Shown here piece after piece: positions 48,770 to 58,439 of a stretch of DNA of 64,000 nucleotides. This DNA comes from an uncultured delta proteobacterium. Its GTDB lineage: Bacteria; Desulfobacterota; Binatia; HRBIN30; BPIQ01. Where the stretch lies: the NCBI GenBank assembly GCA_963761335.1, contig CAVXGR010000018.1, forward strand, positions 544,001-608,000, in the 5' to 3' direction. Position 1 is the first letter of the stretch; each line of letters starts with the position of its first letter. The notes beneath the pieces were generated by a model. The model ran no database searches and was not told the DNA's origin. It was given only the letters and a program-made list of their open reading frames with translations. A program made the position numbers and the translations under genes.

Positions 48770-50631
48770 AGACGAGAATGCTGGCGCGCGAGCGCGTCGC
48801 CAATGTCCGCAAGCACTGGGTGCGCCTGGTGACCGCTTGTAACAGCCGCTGTATCTTCTGTCTGGACACCGACACGCCGCGCAACGTGTACATCCCCGAG
48901 GACGAGGTGCGGCGCGAGATTCTGCGCGGGCGGGAGCAGCTCAAGGCCGACAAGGTGATCCTCTCCGGGGGAGAGGGCTCGATCCATCCGAAGTTCGTCG
49001 ACTTCGTCGCCTACGCCAAGGAGGTCGGCTACAACCGCGTGCAGACGGTCACCAACGGCGTGATGTTCGCCCGCCGCGACTTCTATGCCGCGGCGGTGGG
49101 CGCCGGGCTCGGCGAGATCACCTTCAGCCTGCACGGGCACACGGCCGAGCTGCACGACCGTCTCACGGGGACGCCGGGCGCCTTCCGCAAGCTCATCAAA
49201 GGAATGGTGCGCGCCGTGCGCGAGGGGCGGATCATCGTCAACGTCGACGTCTGCATCAACAAGCAGAACGTCGCTTACATCGACCAGATCGTCGATCTCT
49301 GCCTCTCGGTGGGGGTGCACGAGTTCGACCTGCTGCACGTCATTCCCCAGGGGGTGGCCTTCGAGAACCGCAACGACCTCTTCTACGATCCGGTCGAGTA
49401 CCTGCCGCGCCTGCAGAAGGTGTTTCGTCTGAACCGCCACCCGAATGTGGTGGTGTGGACGAACCGCTTTCCGGTGGAGTTCCTCGAGGGGCTGGAGGAT
49501 CTCATTCAGGATCCGCACAAGATGCTCGACGAGGTCAACGGCCGCCGCTTCCAGGTCCGCCGCTACCTGGACGAAGGAGTGCCCCTGGAGTGCCGAGAGA
49601 AAGAGCGCTGCCAGTACTGCTTCATCGAGCCCTTCTGCAACACCGCCGATCGAGTCATCGAGCGGCAGAACCGCGCCAGCTGGGAGGTGTGGTGGATCGG
49701 CGAGCCCGGAGAGGCGCAGCGGGCGGAGATCGCCGCGCTGACCCCCGAGCAGCTGCCCTTCGGATGCGGCTACGTCGGCGTCGAGGTCGACGATCTGGCC
49801 GATCTCGAGGGGCTGGCGGTGTCCCCCGAGATCGGCATCTACGCCAAGGCGAGGCAGGTTTCGCGCCTCGTCGACCGCAAGGCGGTGTCCAATCCTCTCC
49901 TCGTCTGCGTTGCCGAAGCGGAGGCACTCGAGGTTCTGCTGTCGGCCGGCGAGATTCCGCCGGGCGTCGAGATCGAGATCGAGCTCAACCGGCAGACGGC
50001 GCCCTGGCTTCTGGCGCACCGCGAGCGCCTCGCCGGGGTTCTCTCCCGCCTGCGGCTCCATCAGCCGAGCCACGAGTTCCTGAAAGACGCCGTCGACAAC
50101 GACGTGCGCAATCCCGCCGCGTTCTTCGCCCAGCTCGCCCTGCCGGTGCGGGTCAGCGGACTCCCCGCCTGTCTGGCGCCGGGAGCGCAGCTGAGCGAGG
50201 CGCCCAAGATTCTGCACAGGACACTCTTCGACGCCGAGACCGGGCGCGTGGCGATCCGCGAGCTGGCGCGCGAGCACGTGGTGCGCGGTTACTGGGGCAA
50301 GTCGGTTCGCTGCCGAGACTGCGTGGTGAACGACCGCTGCGACGGTGCCCACATCAACTTCCTCCGCGATCAGGGATTCGCGCAGCTGGATCCTCTGCGT
50401 CAGGGCGAATGGGCCGAGGCGGCGGCGGCGCAGATGCTGCGCCTGCGACCCGAGCCGCCGGCGCGGCTGCGCGACGGACGGCCGAGCCTTCCGGTGGCGC
50501 CGAGCCTGCCCGGGTTCGCCCCGCCACGGCCGGCTCCCGTCGAGCCGCTGATCGAGCTCGGGCAGCGCGTGCGCGAGGAGCGCGAGCGGCGCCGCCTGCG
50601 CGCCCACCCGGAGGCTCCGCCGCCGGCATAA
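48751..50631 (+). CDS. HxsC-like radical SAM protein with extended Cys-rich C-terminus
   Basis: ACNSRCIFC, SGGE, TVTNG, FSLHG.TAELHD; CREKERCQYCFIEPFC; CRDCVVNDRCDG. Confidence 0.85.
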   Translation: MEREDLKTRMLARERVANVRKHWVRLVTACNSRCIFCLDTDTPRNVYIPEDEVRREILRGREQLKADKVILSGGEGSIHPKFVDFVAYAKEVGYNRVQTVTNGVMFARRDFYAAAVGAGLGEITFSLHGHTAELHDRLTGTPGAFRKLIKGMVRAVREGRIIVNVDVCINKQNVAYIDQIVDLCLSVGVHEFDLLHVIPQGVAFENRNDLFYDPVEYLPRLQKVFRLNRHPNVVVWTNRFPVEFLEGLEDLIQDPHKMLDEVNGRRFQVRRYLDEGVPLECREKERCQYCFIEPFCNTADRVIERQNRASWEVWWIGEPGEAQRAEIAALTPEQLPFGCGYVGVEVDDLADLEGLAVSPEIGIYAKARQVSRLVDRKAVSNPLLVCVAEAEALEVLLSAGEIPPGVEIEIELNRQTAPWLLAHRERLAGVLSRLRLHQPSHEFLKDAVDNDVRNPAAFFAQLALPVRVSGLPACLAPGAQLSEAPKILHRTLFDAETGRVAIRELAREHVVRGYWGKSVRCRDCVVNDRCDGAHINFLRDQGFAQLDPLRQGEWAEAAAAQMLRLRPEPPARLRDGRPSLPVAPSLPGFAPPRPAPVEPLIELGQRVREERERRRLRAHPEAPPPA

Positions 50632-50653
50632 CGGGATGTGAAGACGCGATCCG

Positions 50654-51691
50654 ATGGCGAATCTGGGCTATCTGCAGCTCACCCGCAATTGCTATCAGAA
50701 GTGCCAGTTCTGTAGTAATCCGCCGACCGGGGTGCATCTCAACGAGGAGGAGATGCGCGCCAACATCGACCGCCTGGTCGAGCTCGGCTACGACGGCGTG
50801 ATCCTCACCGGCGGCGAGCCGAGCATCTCGGAGCTGCTCTTGCCGGCGCTGGCCTACGCCCGCGAGCGCGACCTCTTCAGCCGCATGATCACCAACGGTC
50901 AGAGGCTCGCCGACCGGGACTTCTTCCGCCGCTGCGTCGACGCCGGGCTGACCCACATCCACGTGTCCCTGCACAGCTATCGGCGCGAGGTCCACGACTT
51001 CATCACCCAGTACCGCGGCGCCTGGGATCTCCTGGTGGAGTGTCTGAGCCACGTGCCGGAGATGGGCATCACCTGCGACATCAACACGGTGATCAACGTG
51101 TACAACTGCGATCACCTCCACGAGAACGTGCAGTGGATCTGCGAGAACTTCCCGTTCATCCGGCACTTCGTGTGGAACAACATGGACCCCGACGGCAATC
51201 GCGCCGAGGAGAATCCCGACTGCATTCCCCGGCACTACGAGTTCCAGGTGTCGCTGGAGCGCGCCATGGAGTACCTGGTGAGCAGCGGGCGGACCTTCCG
51301 CGCCGAGCGCGTGCCGCTGTGCTACATGCGCCACTTCGCCTGGGCCTCCACCGAGGCCCGCAAGATCATCAAGGAGGAGGAGCGCTGCATCAAGTTCCTC
51401 GATGCCAAGGGCTTCATCCACCAGAAGGAGTTTCTGCACGGCAAGGGCACCGCCTGCGACGTCTGTCGCTTCGACACGATCTGCGCGGGCATGTTCTCGA
51501 TGGCCAAGACCTACGACGAGCGCGAGCTGTCGCCGATCTTCGACGATCCGCTCGATGTGATCGTCCAGGTGCTGGGACGGAGGCCGTCCCCGGACCTGCT
51601 CGAGAGACTGCAGAAGCGGCGCGGCCGGCGCTCGAAGACGGAGCAGCCGTCGGTGGAAAAGAGGGAACAGGCGCTCTCGCGGGCGCTGTAG
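50654..51691 (+). CDS. HxsC-like radical SAM protein
   Basis: NCYQKCQFC, TGGEP, ITNG, VSLHS; VPLCYM; CDVCRFDTICAG. Confidence 0.85.
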   Translation: MANLGYLQLTRNCYQKCQFCSNPPTGVHLNEEEMRANIDRLVELGYDGVILTGGEPSISELLLPALAYARERDLFSRMITNGQRLADRDFFRRCVDAGLTHIHVSLHSYRREVHDFITQYRGAWDLLVECLSHVPEMGITCDINTVINVYNCDHLHENVQWICENFPFIRHFVWNNMDPDGNRAEENPDCIPRHYEFQVSLERAMEYLVSSGRTFRAERVPLCYMRHFAWASTEARKIIKEEERCIKFLDAKGFIHQKEFLHGKGTACDVCRFDTICAGMFSMAKTYDERELSPIFDDPLDVIVQVLGRRPSPDLLERLQKRRGRRSKTEQPSVEKREQALSRAL

Positions 51692-51694
51692 GCC

Positions 51695-54007
51695 ATGCCC
51701 CGCTTGCTCTTCGTCAACCCGCCCCTCGTCCTCGACGAGGACTTCATCGACTACCCGTACTTCGCCAATCACGGACTGCTCGCCTGCGCCGGGATGGCGG
51801 CGCGCGCCGGGGCGCAGGTGGACGTCTACGACGCCTTCGCGCAGCCCGCCTCGGGGCGCCACCGGCGGGCCGCAGGCGGCTTCGTTCTCGGCGTCGGGCA
51901 CGCCGACTTCATCGCCGGCCTGCCCGAGGGCGAGCCCGACGTGGTGGTGCTCGGCGCCTCCGTCTTCCTGCGCATCGAGGCGGCACACGCGGAGACGCGG
52001 GCGCTGATCGCGGCGCTCCGCCGGCGGTTCCCGGACGCCGTGCTGCTGCTCGCCGACGGCTACGTGGGCGGCCAGCACTACATGGACTACGATGGCGTAC
52101 GGGTGCTGGCGGAGTACGAGGAGCTGGATGCGATCCTCAAGTACCCCGGCGAGCGCCTCTTCGGCGACCCCGCGTATCTCGCCACACTCCGCGGCGCCAG
52201 AAGGGTACTGACGGAGGCAGGGGAGCGCGGCGCCGATCCCCTCGCATCGTTTTATATGCTCGATGCCATCGATCTGGGGAGCTTCGATCGCTTTCTCGAT
52301 CGCTGCTTCGCCGACGGGCTGTGGCAGGACACCTTCGGTGTCGGCAGCGGCACCCGCTCCTTTCTCACCAGCATGGGCTGCCCGCATCGCTGCATCTTCT
52401 GCACCAGCAATCCCGGCTGGCGGCGCAGCGGCCGCAAGCTCTACCAGCCGATCCCGCTGGCCCGCCTGAAGCACTGGGCCTTCCTGCTGCGCACCGCCTT
52501 CGGGGCGCGCAAGCTCATCGTTCTCGACGAGATGGTGAACGTGCGCCCGGACTTCGAGGCGCTGCTCACCGCCTTCAACGACCTCGATCTCTCCTACGAT
52601 TTCCCCAACGGCATGCGCGCCGACCATCTCAGCCGCGAGGCCGTCGCCCTCATGCGGGGACGCGTCAGCGTGGTCAGCATCTCGGCGGAGAGCGCCACGC
52701 AGGAGGATCTCGACGGCCCCATCGGCAAGGGCCAGAAGCTCGACGCCATCTTTCGGGCCGCCGCCTGGTGTCAGGAGATCGGTGTGCCCTTGATGATCCA
52801 CTACATCATCGGCTTTCCGTGGGAGACCCCGGCGCACATCACCGCGACCCTGGAGATGGCATGGGACCTCTATGAGCGCTACGGCGCCTGGCCCTCGATG
52901 CAGTTCGCGACGCCGATCCGCGGCACCGCGCTGCACGAGCAGTGCGCCTCGCTCGGGCTGATACCGCCGGAAGGCATCGATCTCAAGGACGGGGCTCTCT
53001 TCCAGCACCGCCCGTGCTACGAGCCGCCGCACTGCCCTCCCGGCTACGTCGCCAAGGCGCGCGCCGCCTTCGACATGAAGATGGCCGCCCGCGAGTCCCG
53101 CAAGCTGATCGTCAACATCACCTACAAGTGCGCCAACCGCTGCGTCTTCTGCGCCACCGGCGACCGCATCTCGGCGGCGCTCGACTGGGAGAAGATCGAG
53201 GGGATCCTCCGCCAGCATCGCCAGGAGGGGACGGATCTTCTCGACATCGACGGCGGCGAGCCGACCCTGCACCCGCGACTCCTCGACGCCGTCGCCCTGG
53301 CGCGGGATCTCGGCTACCGCGCCATCAACGTCACCAGCAACGGTCGCCTGCTGCGCGATCCGGCGGTCGCTCGCGGCCTTCTCGAGAGCGGCATCACGCA
53401 TCTGCTGATCTCGCTGCACGGGGCCACTGCCGCCGTGCACGACGCCGCGACCGATACGCCGGGAAGCTTCGAGCAGACGGTTGCCGGCATCGACAACGTC
53501 ATGGCCATGCGTCCGCCGCACGTCGACACGGGCATGAACGTCACCATCGTGCGCGACAACGTCGATCAGCTGATGCCGCTCGCCGCCCTGGCGGTGGAGA
53601 AGGGTTTTGCCAAGATCAACTTTCAGTTCACCACGCCGTTCGGCCGCGCCTACGAGGACGTGGTGCCGCCTCTCGAGGAGGCGGCGCGTGCGGTGATGCG
53701 GGTCATCGACCGCTACGCGGGCGAGATTCAGATCCACGTGATCAACGCCCAGTTCTGCGCCTTCCCCGGCTACGAGCAGTACGTCGTCGGCGATCTGCAG
53801 AAGCTCGGCCGCACCATGATCTTCGCCGCCGATCCGCGCTTTCCGGAGCAGGTGAACCTGTACCAGTGGCTGGGGGCCCGTCGCGAGAAGCGCGCCGTCT
53901 GCGGCCAGTGCCCATGGACGACCGCGTGCGAGGGCTTCCAGGTCTTCGCCCAGGAGAAGCCCGATATGCGCGTCGAGCGCGCCCGACCGAGCGTCGCGGT
54001 GGCCTGA
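51695..54007 (+). CDS. B12-binding radical SAM fused to a second, HxsC-like radical SAM domain
   Basis: N-terminal B12-binding-like domain; GCPHRCIFC...IIGFPWET; second motif KCANRCVFC, DGGEPT, SLHG; CGQCPWTTACEG. Confidence 0.88.
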   Translation: MPRLLFVNPPLVLDEDFIDYPYFANHGLLACAGMAARAGAQVDVYDAFAQPASGRHRRAAGGFVLGVGHADFIAGLPEGEPDVVVLGASVFLRIEAAHAETRALIAALRRRFPDAVLLLADGYVGGQHYMDYDGVRVLAEYEELDAILKYPGERLFGDPAYLATLRGARRVLTEAGERGADPLASFYMLDAIDLGSFDRFLDRCFADGLWQDTFGVGSGTRSFLTSMGCPHRCIFCTSNPGWRRSGRKLYQPIPLARLKHWAFLLRTAFGARKLIVLDEMVNVRPDFEALLTAFNDLDLSYDFPNGMRADHLSREAVALMRGRVSVVSISAESATQEDLDGPIGKGQKLDAIFRAAAWCQEIGVPLMIHYIIGFPWETPAHITATLEMAWDLYERYGAWPSMQFATPIRGTALHEQCASLGLIPPEGIDLKDGALFQHRPCYEPPHCPPGYVAKARAAFDMKMAARESRKLIVNITYKCANRCVFCATGDRISAALDWEKIEGILRQHRQEGTDLLDIDGGEPTLHPRLLDAVALARDLGYRAINVTSNGRLLRDPAVARGLLESGITHLLISLHGATAAVHDAATDTPGSFEQTVAGIDNVMAMRPPHVDTGMNVTIVRDNVDQLMPLAALAVEKGFAKINFQFTTPFGRAYEDVVPPLEEAARAVMRVIDRYAGEIQIHVINAQFCAFPGYEQYVVGDLQKLGRTMIFAADPRFPEQVNLYQWLGARREKRAVCGQCPWTTACEGFQVFAQEKPDMRVERARPSVAVA

Positions 54008-54009
54008 GC

Positions 54010-54942
54010 ATGGAGACGATCCAGCTGGGCGGGCAGTGGTTCGACTACGCCGACGTCCTCATCGACGTCATGTTCGGCTACGCCTGCAACGTCCAGTGCG
54101 ACTACTGCTCGATCACCGACGACATGCGCCGGGAGAACATGACGACGGCGTCGGTCATCGCGCAGCTCGCCGAGGCGCGGGCGCGCGGCGCCACCCGGGT
54201 CGCCTTTGGCGGCGGCGAGCCGACCATCCGGCGGAGCCTGTTGCCGCTGGCGCGCTGGTGCCGCGATCGCGGCTATCGCTCGATCAAGGTCGCCTCCAAC
54301 GGGCTCATGTACTCGTATCGCTCCTTCGCGGAGGAGGCGAGCGAGGCGGGCATCAACTCGTTCCACATCTCCTTCATGGCGCACACGCCCGAGCTCTACG
54401 AGAAGATCATGGGAAAGCCGGGGGCGCTGTCGCTGGTGACCGAGGGGCTCCGCAACCTGATCGCCCTGGGCCACAAGCCGGTCGGCGACCTGATCATCAA
54501 GAGCGACACCTGGATGCATCTCGCGGACATCGTCGAGCACTGGGCCGCTCTCGGTGTCGAGACCTTCAACCTGTGGTTGGTGTCGCTGTCGGATCGCAAC
54601 CGCGACAATCTCGACTCGCTGTTGCCGGTCAGCACCATGCGCGAGGGGATCGGCGCTGCCTTCGAGCGCGGCCGGAGCCTCGGGGTCACGGTTCTGTCGC
54701 GCCACATTCCGCGCTGCATGCTCCCCGGGTACGAGGATCAGGTCGCCGATCTGCGCGACGACAAGGTGCTGGTGGTGACGCCGCGCACCTCTTTCGCACT
54801 CTGGGAATCGAAGATCTCTCCCAACACCTACGCCGAGAAGTGCCAGGGCTGCCGCCACCAGCACGGCGTCTGCCTCGGGCTGCGCCAGGACTACCTGGAG
54901 CGCTACGGCGACGCCGAGGTGCAGCCGGAGTACGCGCAATGA
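54010..54942 (+). CDS. HxsC-like radical SAM protein
   Basis: ACNVQCDYC, GGGEPTIR, SNG; IPRCM; CQGCRHQHGVCLG. Confidence 0.85.
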   Translation: METIQLGGQWFDYADVLIDVMFGYACNVQCDYCSITDDMRRENMTTASVIAQLAEARARGATRVAFGGGEPTIRRSLLPLARWCRDRGYRSIKVASNGLMYSYRSFAEEASEAGINSFHISFMAHTPELYEKIMGKPGALSLVTEGLRNLIALGHKPVGDLIIKSDTWMHLADIVEHWAALGVETFNLWLVSLSDRNRDNLDSLLPVSTMREGIGAAFERGRSLGVTVLSRHIPRCMLPGYEDQVADLRDDKVLVVTPRTSFALWESKISPNTYAEKCQGCRHQHGVCLGLRQDYLERYGDAEVQPEYAQ

Positions 54943-54943
54943 T

Positions 54944-55021
54944 GGGGACAGGCTACTTTTCGGCGGCACCGCCTGCCGATTCAAGAGAAGGCGACGCGTC
55001 GCCGAAGAGTAGCCTGTCCCC
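54944..55021. repeat. 22-bp inverted repeat pair (REP-like or RNA hairpin) inside the operon
   Basis: ggggacaggctacttttcggcg / cgccgaagagtagcctgtcccc, 1 mismatch. Confidence 0.7.
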
Positions 55022-55071
55022 CTTCCACTTGATGAACGCGCAGCAATGCGGCATCCCCTGACCAGAAGCTC

Positions 55072-55527
55072 ATGACTCACACCCGAATAGAAACCCTCGA
55101 CGCGCAGGGGTCGACGCTGACCCTGTCGCTCGACATCGGCCTGTATCCGCGCGACGTGCTCTACGCCGCCGCCTACGTGTTCCTCGACCGCGCCTACGTG
55201 CTCCTCGACCGCGATGGCTCGCGTTTCCTCGTGCACCTGCGGGGCAAGCAGCTCCTCGAAGAGGAGGCTCTGCGGGCCATGGCCGGCGAGTTCGAGAACG
55301 AGCTCCTCGCCCAGGCGCTGCGGCAGCGGGTGACCCGCACCAACCAGAGACTCATCGAGGACATCGCCTCCCTGGCGATCGCCGGTGCCGCCGGCGCCGC
55401 AGTGCACGGCGACGTCGCGTCCGACGACTCCGGGCTGATCGATGTCGACGCCCCCGGCGAGGACGGCTTTCTCGACGACCCCCTGGGCATTGCCGAGCCC
55501 TGGGAGTCCAAGAAGAAGGACGGGTGA
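55072..55527 (+). CDS. hxsD: His-Xaa-Ser system protein HxsD
   Basis: LDIGLYPRDVLYAAAYVFLDRAYV...AGEFENELL.Q.LR; FLDDPLGIAEPWE. Confidence 0.85.
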   Translation: MTHTRIETLDAQGSTLTLSLDIGLYPRDVLYAAAYVFLDRAYVLLDRDGSRFLVHLRGKQLLEEEALRAMAGEFENELLAQALRQRVTRTNQRLIEDIASLAIAGAAGAAVHGDVASDDSGLIDVDAPGEDGFLDDPLGIAEPWESKKKDG

Positions 55528-55778
55528 GCGCGATGTCTGCCGGCACCGCCGAGCCCGCCACCGTGAAGCTGCACTGCGCCCTGTACATGCGCGAGGCGAT
55601 CACGGACGCGGCGGCGACCTTTGCCGACTTCGCTTCGTTCGTCCTCCGCCTCGACGGCGATCACTTTCTCGTCGAGGTCAGCGACATCGATGCCGAGGTC
55701 GAGGGCGATGTGGTGGCGGAGTTCTGCAACTTCGCCCTGGCGCACACGGCGATGCGCCGCAAGAGCCAGCATGCTTGA
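55524..55778 (+). CDS. HxsD-like small protein
   Basis: LY..EAI..AA..F...AEFCNFAL; paralog of 41816..42058. Confidence 0.75.
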   Translation: MSAMSAGTAEPATVKLHCALYMREAITDAAATFADFASFVLRLDGDHFLVEVSDIDAEVEGDVVAEFCNFALAHTAMRRKSQHA

Positions 55779-57321
55779 CGCCGGGGCCCGCATCGAGAAC
55801 GGCAGCCGCGATCTGCTGCCGCGCGGCCGCCAGGTCGACTTCACCAGGCTCTCCAGCCCCGACCGCTGGCAGCCGGAGCTCGCCGTTCCCTTCAATCAGC
55901 GGATGATCGGCGAGAAGGTGTTGATCAGCAACGATCTCGGCGATTGGTTGCTGCTCTCCCAGGAGGAGTTCCGCGATCTCCTCGAAGGCCGACCACAGCC
56001 GGGGGAGCCTCTCTACGAGAAGCTGGGGCGCGCCAACTTCATCGCCGCCGAGATCGACGTCCATGCCCAGGCAGAGCGCTGGCGGCGCAAGAAGCAGTAC
56101 CTGTTTCAGGGGCCGACGCTGCACGCCTTCGTGCTGACGCATCGCTGCAACCACGGATGCCAGTACTGCCACAGCTCGATCGTCGGCATGGAGCGCACCG
56201 ACACGGACATGTCGATGGAGGTTGCCGAGCGCGCCGTCGATATGGCCTTCCAGACCACTGCCTGGGCGCTGACCATCGAGTTCCAGGGCGGTGAGCCGAC
56301 GGCCAACTGGGACGTGCTCCGCCATGTCGTCGAGTACGCACGCGAGAAGAACATCACCGCCGGGAAGGTCCTTTCCTTCGCGCTGGTGACCAACCTCTCG
56401 CTCATGGACGACGAGAAGCTCGACTATCTCCTCGACCGCCGCGTGCAGATCTGCACCAGCCTCGACGGTCCCGCCGACCTGCACAACAAGATCCGCGTCT
56501 TCAAGGGCGGCAACAGCCACGAGATGGTCCTCGGCTGGATGAAGAAGATCAACCAGCGCTACGCCGACATGGGCCTGGACGTGAACCATTACCGGGTCGA
56601 GGCCCTGCCGACGATCACCCGTCCCAGCCTGACGCGCTGGAGGGACATCGTCGACCAGTTCGTCGCAGCCGGCTGCCGCGCCGTCTTCCTGCGCAAGCTG
56701 GACCCATTCGGATTCGCGGCGCGCAGCGCCAAGACGCTGGGCTACTCCATGGACGAGTTCCTGGAGTTCTACGCCAATGCCGTGGACTACATCATCGAGC
56801 TCAATCGCCAGGGCGTGCAGGTGATGGAGCGGCACGCGGCGATCATGCTCAACAAGATTCTCGCCGACGAAGAGCCCAACTATCTCGACCTGCGCATCCC
56901 CGGCGGCGCCTGCATCGGCCAGCTCGGCTACGCGCCGGACGGCAGCATCTACTCCTCCGACGAGGGCCGCTTCGTCGCCTCCATGGGCGACGACATGTTC
57001 AGGATCGGCAGCGTGTACGACAGCTACCACGAGCTGATGACCAGCGGCGCCACCCGCGCCCTGGTGATGGCGGGCCTCAACGACGGCCAGCCGGACTGCG
57101 TCAGCTGCGTCTACAAGCCGTGGTGCGGCCAGCAGGTCGAGTACAACTACAAGACCCAGGGCAGTCTGCACGGCCACATGCGCGACTCGACCTGGTGCAA
57201 GAAGCACAAGTCGATCTTCGACTACCTCATGCACAAGCTCGAGTCGGCCGACGAGCGGGACATGGAGATGTTCCGCCTGTGGACGACCAACCGCACCCTG
57301 GAGCACTTCATCATCGAATAG
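55771..57321 (+). CDS. hxsB: His-Xaa-Ser system radical SAM maturase HxsB
   Basis: GPTLHAFVLTHRCNHGCQYC, DMS, IEFQGGEP, ICTSLDGP..LHNKIR, DGSIYSSDEGR, CVSCVYKPWCG. Confidence 0.9.
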   Translation: MLDAGARIENGSRDLLPRGRQVDFTRLSSPDRWQPELAVPFNQRMIGEKVLISNDLGDWLLLSQEEFRDLLEGRPQPGEPLYEKLGRANFIAAEIDVHAQAERWRRKKQYLFQGPTLHAFVLTHRCNHGCQYCHSSIVGMERTDTDMSMEVAERAVDMAFQTTAWALTIEFQGGEPTANWDVLRHVVEYAREKNITAGKVLSFALVTNLSLMDDEKLDYLLDRRVQICTSLDGPADLHNKIRVFKGGNSHEMVLGWMKKINQRYADMGLDVNHYRVEALPTITRPSLTRWRDIVDQFVAAGCRAVFLRKLDPFGFAARSAKTLGYSMDEFLEFYANAVDYIIELNRQGVQVMERHAAIMLNKILADEEPNYLDLRIPGGACIGQLGYAPDGSIYSSDEGRFVASMGDDMFRIGSVYDSYHELMTSGATRALVMAGLNDGQPDCVSCVYKPWCGQQVEYNYKTQGSLHGHMRDSTWCKKHKSIFDYLMHKLESADERDMEMFRLWTTNRTLEHFIIE

Positions 57322-57329
57322 CCGGAGGC

Positions 57330-57516
57330 GTGGCTCGGTTTCTCGGTGGCTCGGTTATCGGGTTAACGGCTTCTCGGATTGGGCGACGCGCCGCTTTCTC
57401 CGTCGACCAAGCGGATAACTCGATAACCCATAAGCCCGGTAACCGAGCTCCCGAGCCACAGAGCCACAGAGCCACAGAGCCACAGAGAAACTGAGCCACT
57501 GAGCCACTGAGCCACC
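57330..57516. repeat. Octamer tandem repeats in inverted arrangement between convergent genes
   Basis: Eight GAGCCAC[A/T/C]-type units at 57453-57516; reverse-complement units gtggctc/ggtttctc/ggtggctc from 57330. Confidence 0.75.
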
Positions 57517-57529
57517 GCGCTCCGAGGGC

Positions 57530-58429
57530 TCAGTGTTGCGCGAACTGCTCGAGAATGCGCTCGCGCGGCAGGGCCTTTGCCTTCATGTGCTCCTGTCGTT
57601 CGCGCACCAGGCTCTCGTAGGTCGGCGGCGGCTCGGGATCGCGGTAGAGCACCCCGGTGTAGAGCTCCTTGCCGTAGGTCTGCGCCAGCGCCATCGCCTT
57701 CACCCGGTGGAGCGGCTTGTAGCCGATCTTGGCGAGCGATTTCATCCCCTCGCGATGCGCCTTGAGCTGCCGGTCGGGCTCACCGAAGGTGACGCAGGGC
57801 GACTGCACGTTGACGAAGGCGAAGCCCGGGAAGCGGATCGCCTCCTCGATGATCGCCGCCAGCCCCGGCATGTCGGCGGGTGTCCCCTGGGCCACGAAGT
57901 GGGCACCGTAGCCGAGAACGTAGAGGAGCGGGTTCACCGGATCCTCGAGACTGCCCTCCGGAGAGGTGACCGTGTGGCGACCGCGGGCCGAGGTCGGCGA
58001 CAGCTGCCCCTTGGTGAGGCCGTACGTCTGGTTGTCCATGACGATGTAGGTGAGGTCGATGTTGCGGCGAATCACGTGCGGCAGATGTCCGCCGCCGATC
58101 GAGAAGCCGTCGCCGTCGCCGCCGGCGACCAGGACCAGTAGATCGGGGTTGGCCAGCTTGATGCCCTGGGCGATCGGCAGGGCGCGCCCGTGCACGCTGT
58201 TGAAGCCGTAGGCGGTGGTGTATCCGGGAATGCGGCTCGAGCAGCCGATGCCGGAGACGAAGGCAATCTCGTGAGGCGGCCTGCCGATGTGGGCCAGGGC
58301 GCGGTTCAGGGCCGTGAGCACCCCGAAATCTCCACAGCCCGGGCACCAGATCGGCTTGAGCTCGCTCTTGAAGTCCGACGGGTCGAAGGCCGGGGTCGAG
58401 GGGCAGCTGAGGGCAGTGTTCACGTGCAT
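57530..58429 (-). CDS. korB: 2-oxoacid:ferredoxin oxidoreductase subunit beta
   Basis: WCPGCGDF, SGIGCSSR, HGRALP, GGDGD, YGLTKGQ.SPT. Confidence 0.92.
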   Translation of the reverse strand: MHVNTALSCPSTPAFDPSDFKSELKPIWCPGCGDFGVLTALNRALAHIGRPPHEIAFVSGIGCSSRIPGYTTAYGFNSVHGRALPIAQGIKLANPDLLVLVAGGDGDGFSIGGGHLPHVIRRNIDLTYIVMDNQTYGLTKGQLSPTSARGRHTVTSPEGSLEDPVNPLLYVLGYGAHFVAQGTPADMPGLAAIIEEAIRFPGFAFVNVQSPCVTFGEPDRQLKAHREGMKSLAKIGYKPLHRVKAMALAQTYGKELYTGVLYRDPEPPPTYESLVRERQEHMKAKALPRERILEQFAQH

Positions 58430-58439
58430 GGTGTCTCCG

